From the NCBI RefSeq assembly GCF_006345805.1, contig NC_042998.1, positions 115,940,001 through 116,004,000 of the forward strand: a stretch of 64,000 bases of DNA, given 5' to 3'. Positions 27,970 through 42,449 of this stretch are shown here, piece after piece. A program made the position numbers and the translations under genes. The stretch's first letter is position 1; the number at the start of each line of letters is the position of its first letter. The stretch comes from Octopus sinensis. Lineage: Eukaryota. Below the pieces are notes generated by a model. The model was not told the DNA's origin, searched no databases, and worked only from the letters and a program-made list of their open reading frames with translations.

Positions 27970-30177
27970 TGTGTGTGTATGTATGTGTGTGTTTGTGTGT
28001 GTGAGTGTGTCCATCAGTGTATATGTTTGTATATATTCATGTGTCTTTTTATTTATATTGCTAAATAAATCATCATAATGTTTCAATAAATTTTATTTCT
28101 ATATTTTGTACATCGGAATACTTAAATATAAACGGTTACTTATGCAATTCTTGATTGAAGATTTACAGTAATTTTTGGTTAGTTCGGTAACTAATAACGA
28201 AATTTTGATGAATATTATAGATACAATTATAATGATAATCATCAGCACTATATTCCATTTTATTCCTTTTGCTCATGTTGGCAATGCTTTGGGTGATAAC
28301 ACTAATGAGATATTTCTGCAAATATCGAACGCTTCGCACATACCATATTTCTTCAGGCTAAACAAGAATTTAAAATTAAATCTAGGTACCACTTAAATGA
28401 TCTGTCTGATTGGTAATATAATACATATCAGTTTATGAAATCGTAGAACCTCATAATATACAAGTAAATTAAAGTCGGCATAACTTTGCTTCTTGCTGCT
28501 AAATGATGTGTTGCTGATCGGTGATAAAATATATCAATTCAGAATCAATAAGTCAAGCATCGTTACTTACACCCACCAATTCAATTTATTTAGAATTTCA
28601 AGATAGTCATTAGTTAAACTAACTTACAACATATTCAACGTGTAAATATATTGAAAATTAGCCTCTGGCTTCAAGTATTTATCCTCAGGTTACATATTAT
28701 GGTCATACCAATAGTAAAGACTCCTCTAATGTACTAATCACTTATTGAAACTTACAATGCGCAACATTATATGTAGCTGTTTAGGCGATACTAAAAGACA
28801 ACCACTATTTACTTTATATTTCAAAATATTACTAAGTATAAACAAATCACAAAAAAAATGAAAAAAAAAACTGCTGATGCAAGATAATATTTATTGCAAA
28901 ATTCTGTGTGATGTGGATTTAAAAAGAAAATTGAATTAAGTATCAATGAATACTGTGTAGTAAATATTGTTATATGTATGAGTAAGAATCATAATAAATT
29001 TCAAATTATATTTAAAAAGTCCGAAATATTACTCTTCAATTGAGGATATAGGTCTCAGTGGGTATAATAGTCACGCAAAACAAAAACAATCTCAAAGTTG
29101 TTTATTGTATCATAAAATTAGAAATAAATTACTAAAATTGCTTTCGAACAAATTTTCATTCGTCGGTTGTCAGACATTTCTGCAATTTTATTTTATTTCG
29201 TTGAAAAATGTTGTATCATGAAACGTTTGAAAAGGAAAAATATGCAGTGTAGTATCAAAAGATGTTTTTGAAGTACTGTGGAAGACTACTGTTGAATTTC
29301 GATTCTAACAGCTGTATTAATAATGGTTGCAATAATTGATAAAATGAAAGAGAATAATTTCAATGAAATCGATTTAAGATTCTCCTTATCTTATTTCTTT
29401 AAAGGAGAACAGAAAACATAGCACAAATACAAAATTATTTTGATTAATCGAATCAAACACGATTTAATAGAAAGAAGAAAAAGACAAATTTATTGAATTG
29501 ATTGCATGAATTTCCAATAATGTGATGTAAATTATATGTAACATAAAAAAGTACTAGTTTGTTTTTCATATATTGCTTACTTCCGTTTGAAATAACTGTA
29601 TTGTTTGCATGTAGTTGAAGTATATGCTTAATAAACGATGTATACAAAATATCAATGCCTTCGATAGCTATTATTCTTAATCTCTCTTATTTACTATCTA
29701 TATAAAACACACAAACATGACTATACAGAGAGCAAAATGTAAATGTATCAATAATATATATATATATATATATATATTGAAACATCAGCGACTTTTCAAT
29801 TACTGCTTTCCTAAACAAGTGGCGTCGGAATTTGAATCTGTATGTAGTTGCTAGCGCATTTATGATGCTGATGACCCCATAAGTAGCACAACGCACATCC
29901 AGATACCCAACGCGACTGCTGGACGATTTTCGTCTACTACTAATATATTTTTGTGTTATCTAACACATTACGTTCATAAAACACATCGCTGCACCAATAC
30001 AACTATTAGTTTGTATTTCTGTGTTGTGTTTTCATGAAGTACAATGCGGAGAATTTAATCTAATACAGCTTCTGTTACTGCACGTAACTTATATATAAAT
30101 ACATAAATACATGCATACAAATTTATTAAATTGATTCTATGAAATTGCAATAATAGTAAAATACACACACACACATA

Positions 30178-30211
<34 letters not shown>

Positions 30212-30290
30212 CATACATGTATATGTGTGTGTGTGTGTGTGAGAGAGAGTATATATGTATATACATACATATATATGTACACACACGCAC

Positions 30291-30323
<33 letters not shown>

Positions 30324-30819
30324 AATGAGTGAAAGTATGTGTGTGTGTATGTGTGTGTGAGTATATAAATTTACATGACCAAAAATATACTACTCAATAC
30401 ATCAGCAGAACAGAGTATATAGTTTGGGGTTTAGTAGTAAGAGTGAATGCGAAAGAACCGAACTTTTAATTGGCGGTTCATGCTCTTGCTTATCTTCAAC
30501 ATGTCTTTAAGATTTCGTTACGTTATAGCAAAATGAAAATTTCGACTTTTAGGCGTCCAGTATGTCTATCCTTGTATTGAAAGAAAAACAAGGGGAGAAA
30601 AAGGAAGAATTCAATAATGGGGCAATTTAAAAACGGAATGATTTGATAGACAAGTTTTTGCAACTGTCTTCCATATCTTAATCAAGTGATAAAATTGTAT
30701 ACGCTTAGAATATATCGCTCCATTTTATCATACTGACGTAGCATTGACAATATTTGTCAATGAGAATACTTTTAAAAACTATAAATAATTCTTCCATTTA
30801 TTATATATATATATATATG

Positions 30820-30854
<35 letters not shown>

Positions 30855-31039
30855 CTGTATGTATATATGCAAATTGCCATGCTGTAATAGACAGTATATT
30901 CACTGTTTTGAGTTGGACAAAAATAATGGAATCACCTTGCATCATAATTTTCAAATATCTATAAAGCCGCCAAAAGCTTGTTTATTTTTATGGTTTTTGA
31001 TTCATTATTAATGTTGCTTAATATGTTTTGATAAAATTG

Positions 31040-31996
31040 CTGTTTCTTTTCAGATATCATCAGAAAAAAGGTAATTAAAATTCATAAAAATGAGAGATCT
31101 GTCGGACTTTCAAAGAGGTCAAATTGTTTGTGCTCTTATGGCCAGCGCTTGCGTAACGAAAACAGCCGAAATATTTGGTGCACCAAGAAGTACTGTCTCG
31201 AAAGTAATGACAGTCTTTGAGAAAGAGAGAAAACCTCTTTGTCGAAACAAGACTCCGGAAGAAAACCACGATTTTCAGATAGGGACTGTCGGACTCTTAC
31301 GAGAATTTTCAGAAAGGATCACAAAAATATAGCTCCCAAAATTACTGCGGAGCTCAATGACTACCGCGAGAAAACAGTTTCCACAAAATCTGCTCGCCGG
31401 GCGCTGCAGAAAGCCGGATTTCCCGGTAGGGCAGCAATCAGAAAACCACCACTTTCAAAAGCAAACGTTGCAAAGCGTTTAAAGTGGAGTAAAAATCTAC
31501 AGAATTGGTCCCTACAGCTGTGGGAAAGTGTTATTTTCTTGGACGACTCATCCGTTGCCTAATTTCCGACCACTGGCCGAGTATATGGGCAGAGGCAACC
31601 AAAAGAAGCATTGCACCCAGACTATCTTCTTCCAACTGTTAAACATGGAGGAGGATCTGTTATGATCGGGGGTGGGTTGGGGGTTATATCTTGGAATTCC
31701 GTCGGCCCGGTGGTTTCCCTTCATGGCAGAATGAATAGCCAACACTATGGAATATGTATGGTGCATTTTAGAAAAACAAGTAAGGAGTCGATATCCTCCA
31801 GCTTCATCACCACAAGAAGGGGTGACTGTGTTAGCTGAAGAATGAACAAAAATTCCTTTGGAAACAATTCAAACTTTGTACTAGTCCATACCTCGTAGAA
31901 TTCAAGCTGTAACTACTACCAAAGGCAATCCTACCCCATATTAAAATAAATTTGTTTGAAATTTTAAGTTGTTTCCATTATTTTGTATAACCCCTG
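31040..31996 (+). mobile_element. Tc1-like transposon, frameshifted and internally deleted (same family as 14540-15064)
   Basis: MRDLSDFQRGQIV...SGRKP.FSDRD.R.L.R...AAIRKP.LS..N..KRL.W...W..VIF.D.S...PTVKHGGGSVMI. The deletion removes the QDN/SPDLN segment. Right TIR ...cccctg plus TA at 31996-31998. Confidence 0.9.
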
Positions 31997-33513
31997 TATA
32001 TTTAAAGTATATATTTAGTGTATTTCTGTTTTATTTGCGTGAGACTTCTAGGTGACTTACAGAAGAGCCGTTACAAATATTGTTACAAAATATGATTGGC
32101 TCTTGGCAGAAAGTTTAGCAGTTAGATGCATTCAGACCAAAAATTCAATCAGGTGATAATGTGATACATTGGTAATCTTCATCCCATGATTCCGTTTTAC
32201 TATCTTCCATTTCCCCAGCACTTAGTGAAAAAGCACATAGTCGCTACGCTATTAATTCTGCTAAAGCCATAAAAACATGCATAATATTAGTCACCGTACT
32301 GTATGTTTATTATTCATACATTTATAACTTAAGAAACGAATAAAGTACCAGTAATAAACTTCTATTCAATTCAATCATATAGGAATTTTCTTGACTATAT
32401 GAGCCCTCTGTTTATTCGAAATAAACCAATGTACAATGGTATAAAACACGCTGCAACCATTAAAACACAAACTGAAATTATGAGAAGTATTTATAGAAGA
32501 ATTTGATTGAATTAAAATTGATTAGGGCCACAACTACGGAAAAATCTAATTTTTCAAAAAGAAAACGATATGGATTAGAAATTATTTTCAAATAGTAACA
32601 CTGTATGCTGCAGTAAAGCATTAATGCTCTACTGGAATTTGATACATTCCTGCTTTCCATGAAGAGAAAAATACTGATTTCCTCAAAAATTGATCAATAT
32701 CTAGTGTGTGCTTACTTTATCTCTAGTTTAGCCTCTTCTGGTTTACAGTATGCTACACATATTCTGCACCCACCACACTATTTTGCATTCTATACTTCAC
32801 TCCTATGACGCATTATCTTCACTGTCATTGTATAGTCGTTAACACATCCTAAACTATGTTCGCTCTACTGTTTTTGTTTATAGGAAAGCATAGTCATATA
32901 TACATATATTATGCATATAGATGCATATACATGGAATATATACGAGTTTATGTATGGTTATATCAGAGTACGACTGAAACTTATCGCAAGAATGTCCTCG
33001 GCATTTGAAGTTGTGCCAAAACTATTTTTGTAAACAAGTAGAATTAATAATAGTAATGAGAAAACAATTCCTTTGTATTTACAAATATAATTCAAACAAA
33101 AGTGACAAGTGGGAAAAGTTAAATAAACGAAGAATGAATTATGGTATTAAAGGTTGGGTCCTTGCTATTGAAGTTATATATATCTGAACATGTTCCAAAT
33201 TTACTGAGTTTCCTTAGCGAAGCGTCATCAACATAGAGTAACATGGAACAGAACTAGTTAAATCGTTTAAAGCTTTGGTTTGCGGAACTCAATGCATGGA
33301 GATAATATAGTTAAAAGGTAAAAAATATATCATACATCATGTGATAGGAACATAATGTTTTCTAATCAATTGAAATATTTTAATTCAGTGGATTTAAATA
33401 GATGTATTCTAATCATACACGCACACATATTTACATGCATGTATATATGCATATATGTATATACACATATATAAGTACATATATGTATACACATGAAGAT
33501 ATATATATATAAT

Positions 33514-33569
<56 letters not shown>

Positions 33570-34842
33570 TCCTATGCACATATATGAGTGCCTGTGCGCT
33601 CAAGCGTATATATTTATATGCATTTATTTAAATACACACAAACAAATACGTATATTCGTAGGTCTGTGTGTGTATTCAGGTTTTCATATCTATATGTGTA
33701 TCATGTTTGAGTTGTTTTCGAAACACTGCATGAGAGAGTGGGACGGTGAGTGATAGTGAGAGAGAAAGACAGAGGGAGAGAGGGGGAGAGAGAGACAGAC
33801 TAATAGAAAGAGAAAAATGTCGTATTTAGGCTTGCGCTTGTTGAAAGCATTTATCATATATTCCCATAGGATTAGGTTGCTTTTTGTTGGTTTCCGAAAG
33901 CCAGGGTTACAGATTTACATTTTCATTATTATACTCACATTTGTAAACGTTGCACGAACTTTGAGCATCTTGTTCGGAAATAATTTGGCACTTTAAACGG
34001 AATGGGAAACCATCCGTTTTGATATATGCTGCTGTTCAGTGGCTTGTACTTTTTTTGTGTTGCTTTTCATTAATCTGACACAAAATGTGTGCGTTTATGT
34101 ATGTACGTGCATACACACACATGTACACACATACATTTACATATGTACACATATACATGTAAACGTCCGCAAACATATATATATATATATATACACAGAT
34201 ATATTTATATGCATATATATGTATACGTGCACACAAATATAGCGTTCGCAGTTTCTTGGCGCTATGATGAATCTCTTGAGCTAAGTAAAGGTTAACAGTT
34301 TATCCATAAAAAAACGTAACATAAAATACATTAGAAAAGTGAGCAAATCAACTTTCGCATTATTCTTCGTTCAGAGATGAAAATATCCTATCAGTCACAC
34401 TGTCTGGGATGTCGATAGCAGTATTATACATAAGAGGTGATAAAAAAATAACCATTTAGATAAATATACTACGGCTTCTGCTGAATAAGTCCAGTTCCGT
34501 GTTTTCATACTAGTCATTACAATTAAGTCGTAGTGTACTTTAGTGCTAGGTCAAATGAATATAAACAGAAGGTAGTTTTTCCCCTGATAGAAGACTTATA
34601 TTTGAAGATTAACATGCTGCACTTGAGTAGTATTTCTAAAATTTTCGATTGCGAATAAAGATTATAAAAATCAGATCATTTATTACAGGAGATCTGTAAT
34701 AAAGACGAACGGCAACTGGAAGCATCGAAAGTGTACGAAGGGAAATGAGAAAAAGAAAATCATAGAAAACAATAAAAATATAGTCAGAAATATTAAATTT
34801 CTAAATATCTCATAGAGATATGTACGGTGGTGGAGCGACATA

Positions 34843-35210
34843 GTGGTTGTATACTGTCAACTTAACGTGACAGTAAGGGAATTACACCACCGCTGTTTAG
34901 CCCTAGGAAGCGTCGACGCTTCCTGTCGGCCTCGACACATTTCCTGTGTCCTTATATATTTACGAAGGGAAGACAAATACCCTTCAGCTAGCAGGCCTCT
35001 GCTACTCTAGACCGATGATGGGCAAAGACCCTGAAACATGCGTGTCTCTAGATGCAGGCCTAGCTGTTGGGGGTATTTGTCTCCCCTTCGTAAATATATA
35101 AGGACACAGGAAATGTGTCGAGGCGGACAGGAAGCGTCGATGCTTCCTAGGGCTAAACAGCGGTGGTGTAATTCCCTTACTGCCACGTTAAGTTGACAGT
35201 ATACAACCAC
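34843..35210. mobile_element. Long-TIR MITE / foldback element with TA target duplication
   Basis: 34843-34982 and 35071-35210 are inverted copies with 4 mismatches in 140 bp by manual alignment. TA on both flanks; no ORF. Confidence 0.85.
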
Positions 35211-36084
35211 TATATAATAAAAATATAAGGTAAGTTAAAGTATAAAGGGAAGCCTCCAAGGAGTTCGAGATGCAAAAAACGGTATCTATCACTTCCTTTC
35301 ATTCCGATGTTCAGTCTATATCTTTCTTTCGTATTTACATACAATAAGAACACACAAACACGCGCGCGCACACACATACATATATACACCAATATACACA
35401 CATACAAACACAGTCAAGTACTGATGTAGTAGATACACAAATATAGCAAAACAGTCCCTCATTCTTCCCAGAATCCAGACCTTACTCCCTGTAGCATTTG
35501 ATCGCTTCCCAAGCTGAAAAATGTCCCCAGAGGCAGTCGTTTTGAACACATTGAAAAGATGAAGGCTGTGGCAAAGGCCCTAGATACCTTCAATTTCAAG
35601 GACATGAGGCATTCACGAAGTGACTGAAGTGCTACAACAAACGCATTGAGGTTAAGCAATACTACTTTGAAGGAGGTTAGAGTACTGTATTGTTTTGCGA
35701 TTAATAAACGCCTCTCCCGAAAAAGTCTCGAGCGCTACTACGTGTTCTCTCAATTGAGCTTATCTAGCTTTTACTTACTGACTTTATATGTAAATATACA
35801 TAGATGTATGCATTAAAAAATTTTAAACACATGTTTTTCATATTTTCCGTCAACAAATACCCAATTTCAATATCATTATAAAGTCATCGGGTACATACAC
35901 ATCTCAATAATTTTGAAAGATATCATTCAAGATATTGCTTGTTTTTGCATTGCGTTAGAAACTGTGAGTGAGAAGGCAAAGTGATTTCTTCTCCAGTAAG
36001 CTACATTGTTTTAAATTAATGGGAAATGTTGGGGTTTAACATATTATAGCGTGACATATAGATCAATTGAGGTTCATAAATATG

Positions 36085-36260
36085 AATTTGGACACAAGGC
36101 CAGCAATTTAGGAGGAGGGCGTAAGTCGATTATATCGGCTCCAAAGTTCAACTACAGCTTTTTTTTATCTACTCAGAAAGAATGAAAGGGAAAGTCGAAC
36201 TCAGGCGGCAAAGACGCGTAAAATGTAGAAAAGCATTCCGCCCGGCGTCACATTAATTCT
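36085..36260 (-). mobile_element. SINE family B, decayed
   Basis: ggacacaaggccagcaattt...gaatgaaagggaaagtcgaac, the reverse complement of the family B core. Confidence 0.6.
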
Positions 36261-39200
36261 TTGACAAAATTCATATTTCTGTCGCAGGTGACATTTTGTA
36301 TGACATGGCTTCTTTCTTTATTATTATTTTGGTTGCAATTTAACCAATGCAGCTAATTATGTCTAAGATTGATAAATAATAAACTATAAAGTTACTTCAA
36401 AGTCATACTTACATGCAGCAATATTTTGTCATATCATTTATCAGCTAAGAATTATTTCTTCAAATTCCTTGAATTTCTTTTATGTAGTGCAATATGGAAC
36501 AACTTAGCAATTATTAGGAACTTTGATTAATTCCATGTTGTCAGCGAAAGTAAACTAGGCCCACTTCAAACGTCATATTTTTGCATGCATTTCTGCTTTT
36601 AAGCAATCAGGTATTACTAACATCCAATTTACAAAAATCGTTAAGCTTAAACGTAAAGCAAGACGTTATTACCAATGTCAATGAAATTAGCAAACATTCC
36701 ACTCTCTGAATTTCTATCGCCTTTCGAATGAAGAAACTCCTGAGAACGTAAAACACTAGCATATCTTATGAAAGTAAGAAAATCACTTCGGTTCTAAAGA
36801 TGTTAAATTATATATAAAAAAGAAATAAATGAAATATTTCTCTGAATTACACAGTATTAATAAATCCTTCAGAATCGTGGATTGCATTATAGCATGTAGA
36901 TACACATAGAATTGACACAAACGCAGCCCATCCCACTTTTGAATCAGGTAAAGATCCAGGATGCGACCGGTCCATACTATAAGTCAGAAATGCACCAAAT
37001 ACTCGACTGGTACATTTTTATCGACCCCGAAATAATTAAATCCAATTTGGCTGCCTTACCACCCTTGTAAAAAAGACATTGATTTCTAACATTGACTCAA
37101 TTCTACACAGTTGTGTGGAGTAATATAATCGATTTTATCGATTCCAGTAAAAAGGTATATTCGATCGAAACCTGAATAACGAAAAACAAAGTCAAATTTG
37201 GTGGAACCTGCATTCTGAATGTACAGAAATGTAACTAAATACCGTAATGCATTTACAAGCGCTTCAATAATTCTACTAACATTCTCAGACAAGTAAAAAA
37301 AAATCCAATCAGGCTCCGGTTCGGAAATTTGTGAGTATATGAGTAGTGGATGAAAGTTTTCTAGTACTTGATTAGTTCATCATTTCATCGACCTGGGAAG
37401 GATGAAATGCTAGATCTTAAATGAGGAAGACGGGGACTTTCAATCATATCAACCATTTTACTTGACTGATTCAATATTTTTCGACCTTAGAAAAGTGAAT
37501 GATAAAGTCGACCTCGCTGCAATTGAGCTCAGAACGTAATGAGCTGCCAATAAATAACAGATGGAATTTTGTGAGAAGGCTTACCGATCCTGTCAGTGTC
37601 ATCGTAATAGTAATAGTTGTCCACTTTGACACCAGGTCACCAGAACTTTTGCAATATTCTGTTAAGTGAATCACAGACACATGAAAAGCAATAATGACCA
37701 CTGTAGGATACGAACCGTAACAAATAGCTCAAGATATTTTTCATACGCTCTACCGATGTTGCCCATGTCATTGAAATATTAAAGTATGAAGAATAAACAA
37801 GTGAATATCAAAATGATGGAACAAGAATGAAATATGGGGAAATAATACAGCTGGATGCAAAATGAGCAACTTGACACAAACTACAGAGAAGAAAGGGTGC
37901 AAAATCTTATGAAATGAGGCAAAGGTTGAATGTTTTCAAAGATCATAACATCTAAAGAGTTTCTTGAAGGAAGAAACGAAAGAAAAAGGAAATGAGAGGC
38001 AAATTTTAACTATCGAAAAATTAACGTTTATTGTTATTTCGAGAATTGCTATAATGCCGGTCAGTATCGATGGGAAGGAATGTAAAGTAATCGCTTTTGT
38101 TTGAATGGTTTTTTTTTTACCTGTTCTTATTCTTCGTAAATCTTTTCTTTGAAATCACTATAATTGCAAGTGAATAGTAATGCCTCTTAATGTAATGTAT
38201 TAAGAAAATCATTGACTGTAATCGTTTCGATTATTTTTCAAAATCAATCTACAAGATTCTCGCTGATTGAACCATTATTAACAATGAGAATGATTAAGTG
38301 AAGTAGCCAATATTGATTAATTTAAAGAGAAGAAAACAAATTTGGACATATTGTTCAATTAATTGACCTGAACCAGTTACTGGTACTTATTACTATGTGT
38401 ACCATAAGACTGTGAAAATCATTAAAACTGTGCTAAAATGTATAAGAAATATGCATCGATGAAGTCTTTCCGGTTGTTGATACAGTTAAAGAAAAACACT
38501 CTAAATATGATCGTTTCGTATTCCTCACTAGGATTACGTAATGCATATTCTTACTTTTGAATAAGTAACCTAAAGGCATTTCACAAGGGCTAATGCTTTC
38601 TTCATATAACTGAAATATAAATATGCTGAAACATGATGAGATATAAATAGGCCTGTTTCAAACAATGTACTATCCATTTATAAGACATTTGAAATTGAGA
38701 ATATTTGATATTTGTTGATTCCCACGCAGATGTTTTAGGCCGTATGTATATTGAATTGGAAGGTCCATGGTACTAATAATTTAGGTATAATTTAGGTCTG
38801 TGTAATAGAACAACAGTTGAATATGATCTAAGTTAGATTCACTTTTGATAACATAGCTTTATTAATCGATGTTGCTAATGCACATGTCCCCTAATATGTA
38901 TATAACATCATAACTCTTAGAAATGAAAGTTTTCATTTAATATGTTCAAAAATCTTTTTTTTTTTACTTTGGGATTTTCAAGCTAATCAAAACTGAAGGG
39001 ATTTCATTTAGCGTTTGTTTGTTTTTATCATTTAATATTTATTTGTTTTTTCATCATAGTATGTTTAATGAAAACTTGTATAATTATATCTAAAGGAGGG
39101 CATATGCAAATTACGGATTTAATCGCATTAATTTAGACATGTTTAATAATAACTGTTGATTTTTCAAAATACCTAATGGCTTCCAAAACTGTTTCACAGC

Positions 39201-40261
39201 TTAAAATTACAAACTACCGCCATCTTACTTTTCCGTATTTTTGAGTGATATTATTCGCATATTTTCAATGATAGAGTGTAATGTTGCTGGTCGGGCTAAA
39301 TCAAGTTCTTACAAATCACGCTCTTTTCTCTGTTGTGTTTATTGTTTAATGATTAAATGTTTACCGCACGTGAGTTGGGTATGTGTACATTTACAGCGAG
39401 GACAATCGGTTTATTTCTGTTAAACAAAGCGGAGCTGCTTTTCATATCCCGATTGTCATTTGTTTAAGGTCAGGTTTCTACAGGTTTTAATGCCGTTTCA
39501 ATTAAATTTTACGGCAATTTTTCGTTTGATAAAGTATATATTTACGTCAAAGTTTTCTGGATATCAAATATAAACGTTAAATACATTAATCTTTGTTCAT
39601 GAAGTTTATGTAAAGTGAATGTTTCAAGTAATACATATATTTGACGTTAACTTACTCTTGTGCAAATTTCTCCTAATGGAAGAGGAAAACATTTTATTCA
39701 TAATTGTCATATAGGCCTATATATTTATATTTTAAAACCATGGTAAAATGTTTGAGTTAGAATTTCATTGTTCTTTCATGCGTAGTTCTTATTGATGATA
39801 GAAATAAAGTTACCCAAAATGGAATTTATGGAGTTTCCTGTTGAGTGTTGATTTTTGAAAAAAAAAATAAAAAAAAGAAAATAAGCTGTTTGTGAGTCAA
39901 ATATTTCCTTCCAAGGTTAAACTAAAAGCTCCGTTTCTAGAATCATGCGATATTTAAAAAAAAATCAAATAAAAATAACAAAGGATAATGAAACAAATAA
40001 ACAAAACACATAACGAAAAAGTAGCACAGAAAGAAAAAAAAACAGCAATCAATCTTATACACATGCGAGATAGAATACCACATATTGTAACGGAAATTTA
40101 AATTCAATCTTAAATACAAACAAGACTGCAAACATTGAGTGAATTGTAGAAGTCAACTGCACCGATAAAACAGAGAAAGAAGAATGTTATTAAAGCCTTT
40201 TAAAAGTAAATCTCGCTACTGTAGCTTACGTACATAAATTTGTGTATATTCTTATATTCTT

Positions 40262-40455
40262 TTACTGTTACAGTCATTTGACTGCGGCCATGCTGGAGCA
40301 CCGCATTTAGTCGAATCAAATCGACCCCACGACTTACTGTTTGTAAGCCTAATACTTATTCTATCGGTATCTTTTACCGAACCGCTAAGTTACGGGAGCC
40401 TAAACACACCAGCATCGGTTGTCAAGCGATGTTCGGGGAACAAACACAGATACAC

Positions 40456-40500
<45 letters not shown>

Positions 40501-40679
40501 TTATATACATATATGCGACAGGCTTCTTTCAGTTTCCGTCTACCAAATCCACTCACAAGGCTTTGGTCGGCTCGAGGCATTAGTAGAAGACACGTGCCCA
40601 AGATGCCACGCAGTGGAACTGAATCTGGAACCATGTGGTTGGTAAGCAAGCTACTTACCACACAGCCACTCCTGCGCCT
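40262..40679 (-). mobile_element. SINE family A, full length
   Basis: Reverse complement of the 57806-58232 copy along its whole length. Confidence 0.88.
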
Positions 40680-42003
40680 GTATATAATATGTATAATATA
40701 AAATAATTATTACATGCATACACACACACACACTCATACACACACACAGACACACCACACACACACGAACACACACACACATACACACATTCACGTATGG
40801 AAATTGTAAAATTTTGGTGCTATTTATTCAACATTACAGGAGTTTCATTTGCTAATAGGAATTACAACGTTTTACATGTTAAATAAACATGTAAGGAATT
40901 CCCTTTTAGAAACAGAAGGGAAATACCCTAAGTACCTACACAATATATACATAATGAACATTCCAGTCGTTAGACGACGCGTAATGGTTCTGCACATGTC
41001 ACGTGTCAGAAACGAAATGCTAGCAGAGCAACATGAAAGGAAACGTTTGGATCAAGAAAACAACGCTACACCCAGTCAGGGAATCGAAATCACGATCTGG
41101 CGATCGTAAATGCATCTTCACAATATACATATGTGTGTGTGCTTGTATGTGTGTGTGCGTGTTTGTTCTGTAGCTCAAAGAGGAAAAGAAGTACGTTTTG
41201 ACCGGTATTTCAAAGTGCTGGCAGAGGTTTGGCACCTACAATGTATAGAAATGAAAGCTTCACGTTAGACACTCTGACAATTCTGCCAAAACACTGTCCT
41301 TGGTGAGTTCGCTGTTTATCGACCCAGAAATTATGAAAAACAATGGTGACGCCACGGAAGTAGAAGTGTGCACAGGGAAATTTGGAATAATTACCATGAA
41401 ACCTTGTATCCAACAATCTAACGATCCTGACTATTCAATACACACAAACACACACACACACATATATATATTTAAAAATATCTTTATGTATAAATGTAAG
41501 ATCCAGGGATCGAGGTGTAGGAAGTAAAAGAAAGTTAACTTCAAGCAATCCATAATAAATATAGAAAAACAACTTTCAGGGACAATAGTAGTTTATTGAG
41601 GCGGAAGGTTGTGGATAAGTTACTTTCATATTCCACGGTAGGTGAATGGGGTTACTGGGTGTGCGAATACAAATACAAGAATTACGGAATGGTGTAGGTA
41701 AGATCCGGGCTACATGTTTTTCATTGAGAGCGGAACCTCAGAAGTGGAAAAAATCCAAGCGAGGTGTATACTATCGGCTACTCTTCATGCATGTCTTTAT
41801 AGCTCGTCTGCGTATTGTTTATAGCTTTTGTACTATATGTGCATCAACATATACCCCCTTGCAACAATGTAACCTTTAATTTTATCAAGATATCCTTGCC
41901 CTGAAAAGTAGCCGGTGGTATACACCTCCCTTGGATTTTTATCACTTTTGAGGTCCACTCGCTGCGAACCTTATGCAGCCCGGATCTTACCTACTCCATT
42001 CTG

Positions 42004-42094
<91 letters not shown>

Positions 42095-42408
42095 ATACGT
42101 ATGGTGCAAAAGTTATAAATAATACGCAGACGAGCTAAAAAGACACAGTGTATTATAGTTTTACGCTCAGGAAAAATCAAAGGGAAAGTCTTTTCCATTT
42201 CGAGCATACGATCTTTTACAGAAAGACTCGACGAGAATATAAAGCATGGCGAGAGAAAAGAACAAATGTGTCTCAAACGATCACCGTGTGCTAAAATGAC
42301 CGAAGAAAGGAAAGGATACCAAGGTGTGAGTTGTAATGAAGGAAATGTAGTTGGTGATATACCTTTGTCACACATGCAACATATAGATGGATATATATAT
42401 ATATATAT

Positions 42409-42449
<41 letters not shown>

